Shown in pieces: positions 38,867 through 49,555 of a stretch of DNA of 64,000 nt. The notes beneath the pieces were generated by a model. The model was not told the origin of the DNA, made no database searches, and saw only the letters and a list, made by a program, of their open reading frames with translations. Source of the stretch: a candidate division FCPU426 bacterium (GTDB lineage: Bacteria > Oederibacteriota > Muellerivitia > Muellerivitales > Muellerivitaceae); the NCBI GenBank assembly GCA_963796105.1, contig CAWCKJ010000004.1, positions 288,001 to 352,000 on the forward strand. The letters run 5' to 3'. Within the stretch, counting starts at the first letter, position 1. Every line of letters begins with the position of its first letter. Made by a program: the position numbers and the translations under genes.

Positions 38867-39736
38867 TCACGGATCGAAATAAACGAAAAATCCCCAATGG
38901 TTGTCGTTTTGTAGATAAAACTGTCCATATTCGGAATTGCCGTTGTAATAAAGAATCCCTGAACGGATCGCCGCGCGGGAATCCCTTTTCCACTTCCATT
39001 GAAAGCCAAGCTGAAACTCTTGGTTAACCACACCCCCGGCTTCTTGCTTAACTTTTACATCATAGGTGAAATAACCTCTTCCGGTTGTCGCCCAAACAAA
39101 GGTGGAAAACCCGGTGTAAATCTCCGTTCCTGCGTGAACGAACAACCTTTTGTCGTCGGGAGCCATGTGGGGATAATCTCCCAACCCCGCGTACAAGCGG
39201 AATTGATCCGAAGGTTGGTAAGAGGATGTGAAACGAAAACTCTCCCTTGTGTAGATGAACCGGGGGACATAATCGAATAGCTCGTCGCCCAGGTGAGAGC
39301 TGACATGAATGTATTCAAGCCTATTTGAGAAATTTCCGGACGACTCGCTGAAATACATCCCAAAATACCAATCGTTGACCATTTCCGGAAATTCGTCATA
39401 AACCAAGTTTCCATTAACGGTAACAGCGCGATTGGGATAATCGGAATAATTCACGGAATCCAAACCGACAAAACCCGATCCCATTATTCCCCAGCCCCAC
39501 CTTTCCACTTTATCCGGCCGCCACTGGAGAAACTCCAGCGTGGAACCGACGGCGCCCTCGAAATTGATCTTTCCTGTCCTGAGGTTGACTCCATTTGAGC
39601 CTTCCCGCGGATCGCCAAGCAAAGGTTCAAAGACAGGAACCGCCGGAAGAAACTCCCAAGTGTTTTCTTGGGCCCGAATGACCTCCGGAAACTTAGCCAA
39701 GAAAAAGATTAATAAAAGATAAGCAACTCTTTTCAT
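38867..39736 (-). CDS. DUF1207-like exported (probable outer-membrane) protein, copy 2
   Basis: Signal peptide; FEPLLGDPRE and HVSSHLGDE motifs; ends YFDP. Confidence 0.7.
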   Translation of the reverse strand: MKRVAYLLLIFFLAKFPEVIRAQENTWEFLPAVPVFEPLLGDPREGSNGVNLRTGKINFEGAVGSTLEFLQWRPDKVERWGWGIMGSGFVGLDSVNYSDYPNRAVTVNGNLVYDEFPEMVNDWYFGMYFSESSGNFSNRLEYIHVSSHLGDELFDYVPRFIYTRESFRFTSSYQPSDQFRLYAGLGDYPHMAPDDKRLFVHAGTEIYTGFSTFVWATTGRGYFTYDVKVKQEAGGVVNQEFQLGFQWKWKRDSRAAIRSGILYYNGNSEYGQFYLQNDNHWGFFVYFDP

Positions 39737-39743
39737 CAAGTCC

Positions 39744-40610
39744 TCATGGGTCAAAGTAAATTCCAATACCAAAATGCGTGTCGTGTTGAAGGTAATATTG
39801 TCCAAATTGGTAGTTTCCGTCGTAATAAACCAGAGCCAGTCGAAACGCTCGTGGTTCAGTCTTCTTCCATTTCCATTGGACTCCCCATTGAAATGACTCA
39901 TCCCAATGTCCGCCCGCCTGACCTTTCCATTCCAAATGACAAGCTCCATATCCCCTCATCGAAGTCCCGATAAAACCCCAAGGGGGAGAAAAAACTTCCA
40001 AACCCCAAGGGGAAAAAAAAGCGTTATCCGGCGGAAATAGGTTCTCCCAGACCCCAAAACCTCCATAAATCCTCAAGTTTTCCCATGGCTGGAAAGAACA
40101 GACGTAATTGAAGTTTTCTCCGTTGTAAATGATGGGTTCCTGGAGTCCTTCCAAGGAATCCCCAAGGTGGGAGCTCTGATGCATGAATTCCAAACGGTGG
40201 GAAAAAAGCCCGGATTGCTCGCTGAGATACAATCCCGCGAGCCAATCATTGGCCCTTTCGGGAAAAGTGGCGCCATTTTCATCCAATAAAATAAAACCTG
40301 ATCCTAGCAAGCCAGCAGCCCAATGCGTTCCATAAGGATTATCATACCGGATGATCTCCAATTGAGCGCCGACAGCCCCCTCAAACCGGTTTAGGCTGGT
40401 ATGGGCGATAATGGAGGTCTGTGGCTCCCTTGGGTCAGAGAGAAGAGGATTAAATTGTGGCGCCCCCGGAAAGAAAAACCATGGCCCTGGGGTCTCTTGA
40501 GCGTCAGCCGATAAAACAGTTAATAAACAAATTGCCAGCGCCATGGACCTAATGTTTAGCCCGAAAATCCTTGTCCGCTGGATCCATTCAGACTTGAGAT
40601 ATATTTTCAT
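39744..40610 (-). CDS. DUF1207-like exported protein, copy 1
   Basis: FNPLLSDPREP and HQSSHLGD motifs; ends YFDP. Confidence 0.7.
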   Translation of the reverse strand: MKIYLKSEWIQRTRIFGLNIRSMALAICLLTVLSADAQETPGPWFFFPGAPQFNPLLSDPREPQTSIIAHTSLNRFEGAVGAQLEIIRYDNPYGTHWAAGLLGSGFILLDENGATFPERANDWLAGLYLSEQSGLFSHRLEFMHQSSHLGDSLEGLQEPIIYNGENFNYVCSFQPWENLRIYGGFGVWENLFPPDNAFFSPWGLEVFSPPWGFIGTSMRGYGACHLEWKGQAGGHWDESFQWGVQWKWKKTEPRAFRLALVYYDGNYQFGQYYLQHDTHFGIGIYFDP

Positions 40611-41741
40611 ATGCCTTGATCATTTTCTTGGCCATGGTGGTTGAAGACCATTTTTCCGCCTCGATGAGCGTCTCTCCCTTTTTCTGAGTATAAAACTCAG
40701 AGTCGGTCAACATTCGATGGACGGCTTCCGCGAAAACTTCCTCGTTGAGCGGGGTCAAGATCCCCCCTTGCCTGAAGCCATCACTTCCTTGACACCCATC
40801 TCTCCCACCGCCACAACCGGGACTCCGGCCGCCATAGCCTCGCTGACCACAAGCCCTTGGGTTTCGGTGACGGAAGCCAACACGAAAAGATCCGCCCCGG
40901 CGTAGCAATCCCGCCAATCCTCGCGGTCCAAATACCCCGCGAATAAAACAAGGTCCTCCAGCCCTAATTCAACGACCATTTTCTGAAGCCGTCTTTTGGC
41001 CGCCCCTTCCCCCGCGACCAGGAACTTCAGACGATCTATCCGATCCTTCAGCCGATAAACCACCTTCAGCAGAAAATCGACATTTTTTTCCTCCGCGACC
41101 CGCCCCATAAATAAAAGCAGTTTGTCCTCGGGCTTGTATCCCTTGAGCTGACGAAAGCGTTTCGGGTCCTTTCCGTAGAACTTTTCCAATCGAATTCCTG
41201 TAGGTACCACCTCGATGGTTTTTTTCACTCCGTAACTCAAGAGAACATCCCTCATTTGGGCGGTGGGGGTGATCACCAGGTCGCAGGAATTACAATAGCG
41301 GCGGCTGGCGGTCTTCGCGTACCAAACACTGAGTCTCTTTGGCAAAAACCAGAGGTAATGCTCCACATAGGCCGCGAAAAGAGTATGGTAAGTATGCACC
41401 AGTTTCGCGCCTGATCGACGGGCCCATTTCACCGCTGGCCCGCCGAGGGTAAAAGGAGTCTGGGTATGAACCACATCAAACTTCGCGTCTAGGAATTGAC
41501 GGATCAGTTTCTTGTCCCCAGGAGGATGGCCCAATCGGTCCTCGGGGTCAAAGAAAAGATACCAAGACGGGAAACGGTGGACCTGGATTCGGCCCGCCTC
41601 ATCGATATGGTTGGGAAAAGCCGGGGCATATATATGGACTTCATGACCAAGCTTGTCGAATTCCTCCGCGAAGATCCGGGTGGACGTGGAAACGCCGTTG
41701 ATCCTAGGAAAATAAGTGTCGGTAACCAGGGCGATTTTCAA
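40588..41741 (-). CDS. GT4 glycosyltransferase (diacylglycerol glucosyltransferase-like); one-base indel at C6 40762-40767
   Basis: TDTYFPRINGV, HTQTPF, GRVAEEKN, SVTETQGLVVSEAMAAG; the C-terminus continues in a shifted frame. Confidence 0.85.
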
Positions 41742-41789
41742 ACAAGAATTCCTTAATCATAGGAAATTAGCCGTACGCATCGTCTTCGT

Positions 41790-43517
41790 TCAGGGGATGC
41801 AGATTTTCCATTCTTCATCCGCGAAATCCTTAACTTTTTCCAGCACTTTCGCCACCGGAACTTTGGAGACATCCTTCTCCCGTCGTCGTTTCACCTCGAT
41901 TAAACCCTCTTTCAAACCTCTCGCGCCCACCCTTACCGAAACAGGCAATCCCAACAGGTCGGCGTCCTTGAACTTAAACCCTGCGGTGGCATCCACGCGG
42001 TCATCGTATAGGACCTCGTAACCGGCTTTCATTAAATCCTCGTAACATTTATCGGCGATTTGGGCCACTTCAGGCTCCGCCGGATTTAGGCAAAGCAGGT
42101 GCACCTGGTATGGCGCGATAGAGATTGGCCACCGGATTCCATCCGAGTCGTTGTGCTGCTCGATAGCCGCCCCAACTGTACGGGTGACGCCGATGCCGTA
42201 ACAACCCATGACGGCTTCTTTCTCCTGCATCTTTTCGTCAAAGAAAATGCAATGCATGGCGGAAGAATACTTGAGCCCCAACTTGAATGTCTGGCCCACC
42301 TCGATTCCCCTCCCTGCCATTACGGGTTTACCGCACTTGGGGCAGCCCTCTCCCGAGACCACACTTCGAAAATCACCCCACTCGGGCTCTGGAAAATCCC
42401 TGCCAAACTCGACATTTTTCAGGTGAATATCCTTTTCCAGCCCGCCGGTCACATATTGATGTCCTCCCTGAAGGGCCTGATCCGAGATCACGCGGACCCC
42501 CTTCAAGCCAACAGGTCCCGCGAACCCCACAGGGGTTCCTGTTACCTCCACAACTTTTTCGGCGGAAGCCAGGGAAAGTTCGGCGGCCTGGAGATGGTTT
42601 TTGACCTTAATCTCATTTACCTCATGGTCTCCCCGGACCATGACCGCCACCGGTTTTCCATCCGCTATAAAAATAAGGGTCTTGATGAATTGTTGGGGCG
42701 GCAACTTCAAGAAATGGCCGACGTCCTCCACCGTGTGTTTACCGGGTGTTTCCACCCTGGAATAAGCCGGGCCAGCCTCTTTAGCGGGATGGGGTATTGA
42801 AACCGAGGTGGCTTTTTCCAGGTTGGCGGCATAACCGCAAGCCTCACACATGGCGATGGCGGCCTCGCCGGACTCTGCCAATACCATGAATTCGTGCGTA
42901 AAACTTCCTCCGATGAGGCCCGAGTCCGCCTCTACCGGTGAAAAAGCCAACCCGCACCGCTTGAATATCCGCTTATAGGCCTCCACCATGGCCCAATAGG
43001 TCTTGTCGCAGGCTTCGTCATCCACATCGAAGGAATAACCGTCCTTCATGAGGAATTCCCGACTCCGCATGACCCCAAACCTGGGGCGGACCTCGTCCCG
43101 GAATTTAGTGGCGATTTGAAAAAGATTTAACGGCAGTTGTTTATAACTTTTAAGCTCCCGCCGAACCAAGTCGGTGACAACCTCTTCATGGGTGGGCCCA
43201 AGGGCGTATTCCCTTTCGTGGCGGTCTTTCAAGCGCATGAGTTCCTTGCCATATTTCTGCCATCGACCCGTCTCCACCCACAGTTCGGCAGGTGTCATGA
43301 TGGGAAGAAGGACTTCCTGGGCCCCAGCGCGCGTCATTTCCTCCCTGATGATATTTGAAACTTTTAATATGGACCTTACGCCTAGTGGAAGATATTCGTA
43401 AATGCCCGAAGCCACCTTGCGCATCAAACCGGCCCTGAGCATCAGTTTATGGGACGGGATTTCCGCCTCGCCAGGTGTTTCCTTAACAGTGGGAATCAGG
43501 GCTTTGGAGACTCGCAT
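41790..43517 (-). CDS. proS: Proline--tRNA ligase with editing insertion domain
   Basis: SHKLMLRAG, GPTHEE, KFRDEVRPRFG, MGCYGIG. Confidence 0.97.
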   Translation of the reverse strand: MRVSKALIPTVKETPGEAEIPSHKLMLRAGLMRKVASGIYEYLPLGVRSILKVSNIIREEMTRAGAQEVLLPIMTPAELWVETGRWQKYGKELMRLKDRHEREYALGPTHEEVVTDLVRRELKSYKQLPLNLFQIATKFRDEVRPRFGVMRSREFLMKDGYSFDVDDEACDKTYWAMVEAYKRIFKRCGLAFSPVEADSGLIGGSFTHEFMVLAESGEAAIAMCEACGYAANLEKATSVSIPHPAKEAGPAYSRVETPGKHTVEDVGHFLKLPPQQFIKTLIFIADGKPVAVMVRGDHEVNEIKVKNHLQAAELSLASAEKVVEVTGTPVGFAGPVGLKGVRVISDQALQGGHQYVTGGLEKDIHLKNVEFGRDFPEPEWGDFRSVVSGEGCPKCGKPVMAGRGIEVGQTFKLGLKYSSAMHCIFFDEKMQEKEAVMGCYGIGVTRTVGAAIEQHNDSDGIRWPISIAPYQVHLLCLNPAEPEVAQIADKCYEDLMKAGYEVLYDDRVDATAGFKFKDADLLGLPVSVRVGARGLKEGLIEVKRRREKDVSKVPVAKVLEKVKDFADEEWKICIP

Positions 43518-43678
43518 AAAATTCCTTTTTAATTGATTGGGCAATGGATAAAAGTTAGGAGTTCGGTGATCCTCACCCCTTTGAGCAACTATTTTCTTCA
43601 ATTGTTGGATTTCAGCAAGGATTTAAATCAGGAGATCCATCAGGGATAGAAAAAACTCAACCGTTCCAGAAACTGGAT

Positions 43679-44773
43679 TCAGCCTTTTCGGGACATTTCC
43701 TCGGCCCTTTTCTTAATCTCATCGATCAAATGAGGCACAAGTTCTTCTTCCTTCAAGCGGGTCTTAACCACGCCCTTCTCGAATATGACCCCATGGCCCT
43801 TTTCGGAGCAAAGTCCGATGTCCGCCTCAGCGCCCTCGCCCAGTCCGTTCACCACGCAGCCCATGACGGCCACCCTCATGGGGGCCTTCATGTTCAGGGT
43901 GGCTGTTTCCACGGCGTCCACCATTGATTCCAGGTCCACATGACAGCGCCCACAAGTGGGACAGGCCACGATATCGACCCCTTCCTTCTTGAAACCCATG
44001 GATCTCAGGAGATGGGTGGCCACCTTCACCTCTTCCACCGGATCAGCGGTAAGAGAAACCCGTATGGTATCCCCGATGCCATCCGCCAAAACCGCCCCGA
44101 TACCCGCCGCGCTCTTGGTGATACCCTGGGTCTTGGTGCCTGCCTCCGTGACTCCCACATGAAAGGGATAATCACATTTTTCAGCCAGAAAACGGTATGA
44201 GCGGATCATGGTGGGAACATGGGAGCTCTTAACCGAGATAATCATGTTTTGGTATCCGAGTGTCTCAATGAAGCGGACGTGCCTCAGGGCCGATTCCACA
44301 ATGGCTTCAGGGGTGGGATGTCCGTATTTCTCAAGCAGGTCCTTTTCCAAGGAACCGGAGTTCACGCCCACCCTCATGGCCACTTTATGCTTTTTGCACT
44401 TTTCGACGACTTGCGCCAAGCGGTCCATTCCGCCGATATTTCCCGGATTGATCCGGATTTTATCCGCCCCCTCATCCACGGCTCCCAGGGCAATCTGGTA
44501 GGCAAAATGAATATCCGCCACCAAGGGAACTTTCATTTTCGATTTGATCTTTCCCAGGGCCTTCAGGGATTTCTGGTTTTCCACAGTCACCCTGATAATC
44601 TCGCACCCTGCGTCTTCCAGTCGTTTGATCTGATCGATGGTTTCCTGGACGTCATGGGTGTGGGTATTGGTCATGGATTGGATGGAGATAGGAGCCCCTC
44701 CCCCTACTTGAACCTTTCCCACCATGACTGGACGGGTCGCGCGGCGCTTGATTTCGTAAAATTGCTCAGCCAT
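43679..44773 (-). CDS. ispG: HMBPP synthase
   Basis: IQSMTNT, LVADIHF, RINPGNIG, CPTCGR, MGCVVNG.GE. Confidence 0.97.
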   Translation of the reverse strand: MAEQFYEIKRRATRPVMVGKVQVGGGAPISIQSMTNTHTHDVQETIDQIKRLEDAGCEIIRVTVENQKSLKALGKIKSKMKVPLVADIHFAYQIALGAVDEGADKIRINPGNIGGMDRLAQVVEKCKKHKVAMRVGVNSGSLEKDLLEKYGHPTPEAIVESALRHVRFIETLGYQNMIISVKSSHVPTMIRSYRFLAEKCDYPFHVGVTEAGTKTQGITKSAAGIGAVLADGIGDTIRVSLTADPVEEVKVATHLLRSMGFKKEGVDIVACPTCGRCHVDLESMVDAVETATLNMKAPMRVAVMGCVVNGLGEGAEADIGLCSEKGHGVIFEKGVVKTRLKEEELVPHLIDEIKKRAEEMSRKG

Positions 44774-44942
44774 GTTTACCCCTAAAATTGCTTTTACAAA
44801 AGAGTCGATTTGCGCCTTATCCGCGAAATTTCTTGCTTGCATTAAGGACAAGACGACAAGTTTTTACTCTGAGGAAATACATTGTCATATTAGCTGACAT
44901 TTTAAGCGGGTTTCAAGCCGTGAAAAAAAACGCAGGGGATCA

Positions 44943-47426
44943 TTAACGGAAGATGAGCAATTTCATGACTTGGTTAGTTTCCTGACCACCGGAACTTCTT
45001 TCCAAAACCACATAATAAAGCCCATTTGCCAGGTTCAAGCCGGATTGGATCCAGTTCAATTGATAGGGGTGCATCCCGACGGTTGTGGGTAATCTATCCT
45101 GCTCGTAAATTTTACGGAATGCAGTGGTGAATACCTTCACCTTAACTTGATCCGCCGGAGCGCTCAAATTGTAATAAAAACTCAATGGAGTATTATCCTT
45201 TATTGGATTAGGAAATAGAACGTTGAAATTCGTAACAGTGGCCGTTGTGGTAGGTGAAATGGTGGGCGTCAGTGTGACCGTAGGCGTCAAAGTGATAGTG
45301 GGAGTACAGGTATGCCCAGATCCATCAGTACAGGGCGATGGTGATGGAGTAGCTGTAGGCGCTCCCGCGCGAACAAACTGTAGGACTGTGATGGAATAGG
45401 GTCCGAAAGTGGCTGGGAAGGATGAGGTCACACCTGTCAAAGTAATGGTAGTCGGAGCCGTATCCGGCGAGGCGTGATAAGGTGTATTCCCGGTAGTCAC
45501 CCATTGGTAATTGGTTGAGTTATAGGTCCACTCATTGGCGGTGCCGGCAGGGGTGAAGGGTATGCCCGTTACCCAGGTGTTGTAAGTGTTAGTTGGGTCT
45601 TTGTTGACCACGGCCAGGGAAAGGATGCCGTCAGGCCGGTAGTCCGCATAGGCCGCCAAGAGGGAGGCTGTGCAGTTGGACTTTACCATCTGGTGGGCAT
45701 TGGTGTCACCGGAAATGGCCCAGTTGTTGGTCATCATCTGCATGGCCCAATAGGTGGCGCGAGGCGCCAAGTTATAGTTCACATCCAAGTAACCCAAATC
45801 CCCCCCTGTCGTACTGTAATCCCCGCTTCCACCATTTAAGGTATCCCATAGATTACAATAACCCCGGCTCCCAAAATCAGCGATGAAATGACCCAATGCG
45901 TCAGCCAGCCAGAGCCCATTTCCCAGTTGTACTTGAAAATTCTCATCACCAGGGTCAACGTTGTATTCCGTCATCATCACTGGCACAGTGTTGGGGTTGG
46001 TGACACCGGCGTTCGAAAGCCATCCGTTCAATTGCCCCGGGTATGAATCCAAGGTGGAGGTGCTGGCCAAGGCACTCGCGGCGGAATAGCTCCCCCCTTC
46101 GGGGTACCAGTGGAAATCAATGGCGTTTAGGTGGTCGAGTTTCCCCTTGGCTTTTAAAATCCCGATGAAATCCTGCATCACACCATTTCCATCGTACATG
46201 TTGGAAGGGGTGTTGAACCCGCCCGCCACCGGGCCGGTGATGACAATCGAGGGATCCACAGCCTTCATGGCGTCGTAATACTCGATGTAGCGTCTGACAT
46301 AATCCTGGGTGGGGATGGGCCCCCCCGCTTCCCAAAAACCCTCGTCCTCGTTGCCGATCTGCCAGTAATGGCAACCAGCCCAGTTCGGGTATTGCGGATG
46401 CGCCACCTTATTGGAGTAATAAACCCACGAGGCCGCCTCGGACGGAGTACCGGTCCCGAAATTCACGGTGATGACCGGAACAGCCTGGGTGTTGGCACCA
46501 AAGGCGTTCATGAAAGTCATGTAGGAAGAAAAGTCAAAATCCGAATATTGATAATTGTCGCTGGAGGAAGGGTCCACGCTGGAAACCCAAGCGGAGTCTC
46601 CAGCGGAAACTAGGGTGGTCCCGTTGTAAAGGGAGACTTCTGCGATGGCGTAGGCTGGGCCCGAGACGATGGTCGTCCCCAGGTTGGCCGTCACAGACCC
46701 CGAGCAGGCGGTCATGAGGATTCGAAGATACTGGGGATTGATCGAACCGAAAGTGATCCCTTGGGTACCGCCGGTGCCCGTCACGGTCACCACGGAGGAC
46801 CAATTGCTTTCCATAACCCCGTTACTCCAGGGCCATCCGTTGTAGTACTGGACCTGGAAAGTGGTGGCGTAGGGATTGCCCCAGACGATGGTGACGGCGT
46901 TGATAGTACTGCCTCCCACCGAGATTTGGGCCCATTGGTGGTAGGGCAGGTCCGTGTCCACGTTGGATAGCCAAGTCGTGCCAGTGCTTCCATCTGTAAG
47001 GTTGGAATAATTACCCGCATTGGAAGCCGTGGTGCCCGCGTATGTCTGGTTACATTGGAAGCCGGAGGAATAACTGGTTCCGCTGGGGGCCCAATAACCG
47101 AATCCTTTACTGGCACCGCCAGCCCCGGACGCATCCGCTATCCAGGTACCGTTCCCGTTCCAATGGTAAATATCCGAGGTGGAACCACCGGGATAACGGA
47201 TAAAATAATTCCCAGCTGCTTGGATAAATGGCTGTGCAGCAAAGTAATTACCGTTTGAATTCCAGACAGCCGTGTTGTTCCCGAATATGCTGATTGGAAT
47301 AAATGAGGAAACCGTGGTTGCGGCATTGATCGTAATAGTGGCAGGTTGGGTTTGGGCGGCAAGATAAAACGGCCAAGCCATAATAAAAGACGCCGCGATG
47401 ATAGATTTAAATTTGATTAATTTCAT
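44943..47426 (-). CDS. Secreted clan GH-A glycoside hydrolase (GH44/79/51-like) with an inserted F5/8-type C (CBM32-like) module, PT linker and sorting-like CTD
   Basis: Signal peptide; IRYPGGS, WQIGNE and MTEYN motifs; DGSTGTTWLS...YLRILM; TPT repeats; FPNP...LANGLYYVV. Confidence 0.8.
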   Translation of the reverse strand: MKLIKFKSIIAASFIMAWPFYLAAQTQPATITINAATTVSSFIPISIFGNNTAVWNSNGNYFAAQPFIQAAGNYFIRYPGGSTSDIYHWNGNGTWIADASGAGGASKGFGYWAPSGTSYSSGFQCNQTYAGTTASNAGNYSNLTDGSTGTTWLSNVDTDLPYHQWAQISVGGSTINAVTIVWGNPYATTFQVQYYNGWPWSNGVMESNWSSVVTVTGTGGTQGITFGSINPQYLRILMTACSGSVTANLGTTIVSGPAYAIAEVSLYNGTTLVSAGDSAWVSSVDPSSSDNYQYSDFDFSSYMTFMNAFGANTQAVPVITVNFGTGTPSEAASWVYYSNKVAHPQYPNWAGCHYWQIGNEDEGFWEAGGPIPTQDYVRRYIEYYDAMKAVDPSIVITGPVAGGFNTPSNMYDGNGVMQDFIGILKAKGKLDHLNAIDFHWYPEGGSYSAASALASTSTLDSYPGQLNGWLSNAGVTNPNTVPVMMTEYNVDPGDENFQVQLGNGLWLADALGHFIADFGSRGYCNLWDTLNGGSGDYSTTGGDLGYLDVNYNLAPRATYWAMQMMTNNWAISGDTNAHQMVKSNCTASLLAAYADYRPDGILSLAVVNKDPTNTYNTWVTGIPFTPAGTANEWTYNSTNYQWVTTGNTPYHASPDTAPTTITLTGVTSSFPATFGPYSITVLQFVRAGAPTATPSPSPCTDGSGHTCTPTITLTPTVTLTPTISPTTTATVTNFNVLFPNPIKDNTPLSFYYNLSAPADQVKVKVFTTAFRKIYEQDRLPTTVGMHPYQLNWIQSGLNLANGLYYVVLERSSGGQETNQVMKLLIFR

Positions 47427-47691
47427 TTCTGGTTAAACCTCGTTATCCTATTGTGACATTAGACGCTTGCCCTTCGAATTCAGAGCAAGCATATGGATGA
47501 AAATTACTAAAAGAAACATCCGCGGGAAATTGGTTGCTATGAAACCACAAAAAAGCTTCCAAACCAACGTAAAATAAAGGTACGGAAAAGATTTACAGGA
47601 AGCGCTTTCGGTCTTGAACCGGTTTCTGTATTAAAATAAGTTCTCTTCAACAAGCCAGTTGGCAAAATGAAAATCATAAAAACGCTTTATA

Positions 47692-48585
47692 ATGGATTTT
47701 ATCTTGGAAAAACAAAAGATAATCGTGTTGGCCGCGGGAAGTTTGGGAGATTGTCTCCTCACTTTGCCGGCGCTTCAATACCTTCAATCTTCCACCCCGG
47801 TTTCGGTGGCAGGAACCGCTCCATACCGGGCCCTGGGTGCTGATTTATTAGGCGTCCAGGAAATCCTTCCCTTGGAGCAAATTCTCCAAAACCTGCTTGT
47901 TAATGATTTCGACGCCGTGTGGAATCAATACAGCGATGTCTATCTATTCTTCAAGGAATCCGATGACAAGATACTAAAAAAGTTCAAGGAATTCCCCAGG
48001 TTGAAAATCCATCAGCCTTCCAAATCTTTCGAGGCGTTTCTCCAGGAGGCGCGATGGGCGGCCGAATACTGGCTTGAGGCGGCTGCTGGTAAAGCTCTTC
48101 CGCCCGATTCTCCCTTTAGGTTATCAAAACTCAAGATTGACGATTCCATGCGTAAAAGGGGAGAATCCATCTTGATCTCTTTAGGAATGTCTTCGCCCTT
48201 GGTCATCCATCCGGGTAGCGGAAGCCCGGCCAAGAACGCCCCTCTTTCTTTTTTTCGAAACGCCGCAGAGAGAGCTGTTAAAGAATCCCAGAAGCAGGTA
48301 TTGGTGATCTGGGGAGAGGCGGAAGAAAAATATATCGACCAAATCCGAGAAACTTTCGCGGATTTAAAGGACGTGGTCGTCCTGAAAAGCCCCCTAGATC
48401 TCAGGGATTTAGCGGCCGTTTTATCCCAATCCGCGGTATTTCTCGGAAATGACAGCGGAGTGACTCAATTGGCCTCGGCTTGCGGGTTGAGGACTTTCGC
48501 GGTTTTCTCCTCAACAGATTCGCGGATTTGGGGCCCACAAGAAGCCGTCATTTTGGAAGCAATGAAAAATTTTTACAAAAACTAA
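47692..48585 (+). CDS. GT9 ADP-heptose:LPS heptosyltransferase-like protein
   Basis: GSLGD.LL..PAL, IHPGSGS..KN, GNDSG..LASA.G, W.P. Confidence 0.85.
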   Translation: MDFILEKQKIIVLAAGSLGDCLLTLPALQYLQSSTPVSVAGTAPYRALGADLLGVQEILPLEQILQNLLVNDFDAVWNQYSDVYLFFKESDDKILKKFKEFPRLKIHQPSKSFEAFLQEARWAAEYWLEAAAGKALPPDSPFRLSKLKIDDSMRKRGESILISLGMSSPLVIHPGSGSPAKNAPLSFFRNAAERAVKESQKQVLVIWGEAEEKYIDQIRETFADLKDVVVLKSPLDLRDLAAVLSQSAVFLGNDSGVTQLASACGLRTFAVFSSTDSRIWGPQEAVILEAMKNFYKN

Positions 48586-48652
48586 TACTAACAAGTTCCG
48601 GTAAATAAATTAAATGTTCCAGGGCTCAATTTGCGCTGGAAAAAGTTATAAA

Positions 48653-49555
48653 TTATTTGCCTTTTTTTAACCTGGTTTTCTTGCCCTTGAGGGCTTCCAC
48701 CAAGGCGTTTCCAATCTCACCCGGACTTTGGGCCACCACGATACCGGCCGCCTCGAGAGCCTCGATCTTCTCCTTGGCTGTTCCATGACCGCCTGAGACA
48801 ACCGCCCCTGCGTGTCCCATGCGCTTGCCTGGCGGGGCCGTCATACCAGCGATGAAGGCCGCGACTGGTTTTTTCATTTCCTTTTTAACGTATTGGGCCG
48901 CCTCTTCCTCGGCGGTTCCACCGATCTCTCCGATCAGGATGACTGCCTGGGTTCCCTTGTCCCGGTTGAAGGCTTCCAAAGAGTCCCGGTGGGTGGTGCC
49001 GACAATGGGGTCTCCCCCAATGCCCAAGCATGTGGACTGGCCCAAACCTAACTGGGTGACCTGCCAAACCGCCTCATAGGTCAAGGTACCGGACCTGGAA
49101 ACAATACCGATCTTCCCGGGTTTATGGATATAACCCGGCATGATGCCGACCTTGGCCTCACCCGGCGTGATGATTCCAGGGCAATTTGGCCCGATCAAAC
49201 AGATTTGAGGATAATTTTCTAGTTGTTTAACAACCCGTGCCATGTCATTGGCGGGAATTCCTTCCGTAATGCAAACGATGAGTTTGATCCCGGCCGCTGC
49301 GGCCTCGAGAATGGCGTCCGCCGCGAACATGGCCGGCACGAATATCATGCTGGTGTCGGCTCCGGTCTTTCCAACCGCATCCGAAACAGTGTCAAACACC
49401 TTGAATCCCTCGACGTCCGTCCCGCCTTTACCCGGCGTGACGCCTCCTACCATCTTGGTTCCGTATTCACGGCATGCCTTTGAGTGAAATAAGCCGGCAG
49501 AACCGGTGATACCCTGGCAAATGACTTTCGCGTTCTTGCTCAATAATATGCTCAT
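48653..49555 (-). CDS. sucD: Succinyl-CoA synthetase alpha subunit
   Basis: [31 protein letters not shown]. Confidence 0.97.
   Translation of the reverse strand: MSILLSKNAKVICQGITGSAGLFHSKACREYGTKMVGGVTPGKGGTDVEGFKVFDTVSDAVGKTGADTSMIFVPAMFAADAILEAAAAGIKLIVCITEGIPANDMARVVKQLENYPQICLIGPNCPGIITPGEAKVGIMPGYIHKPGKIGIVSRSGTLTYEAVWQVTQLGLGQSTCLGIGGDPIVGTTHRDSLEAFNRDKGTQAVILIGEIGGTAEEEAAQYVKKEMKKPVAAFIAGMTAPPGKRMGHAGAVVSGGHGTAKEKIEALEAAGIVVAQSPGEIGNALVEALKGKKTRLKKGK

Noticed and set aside
38867..39949. 360-aa version of the second DUF1207-like ORF
   Set aside because: The extension overlaps the upstream paralog; the signal peptide begins at ATG 39736
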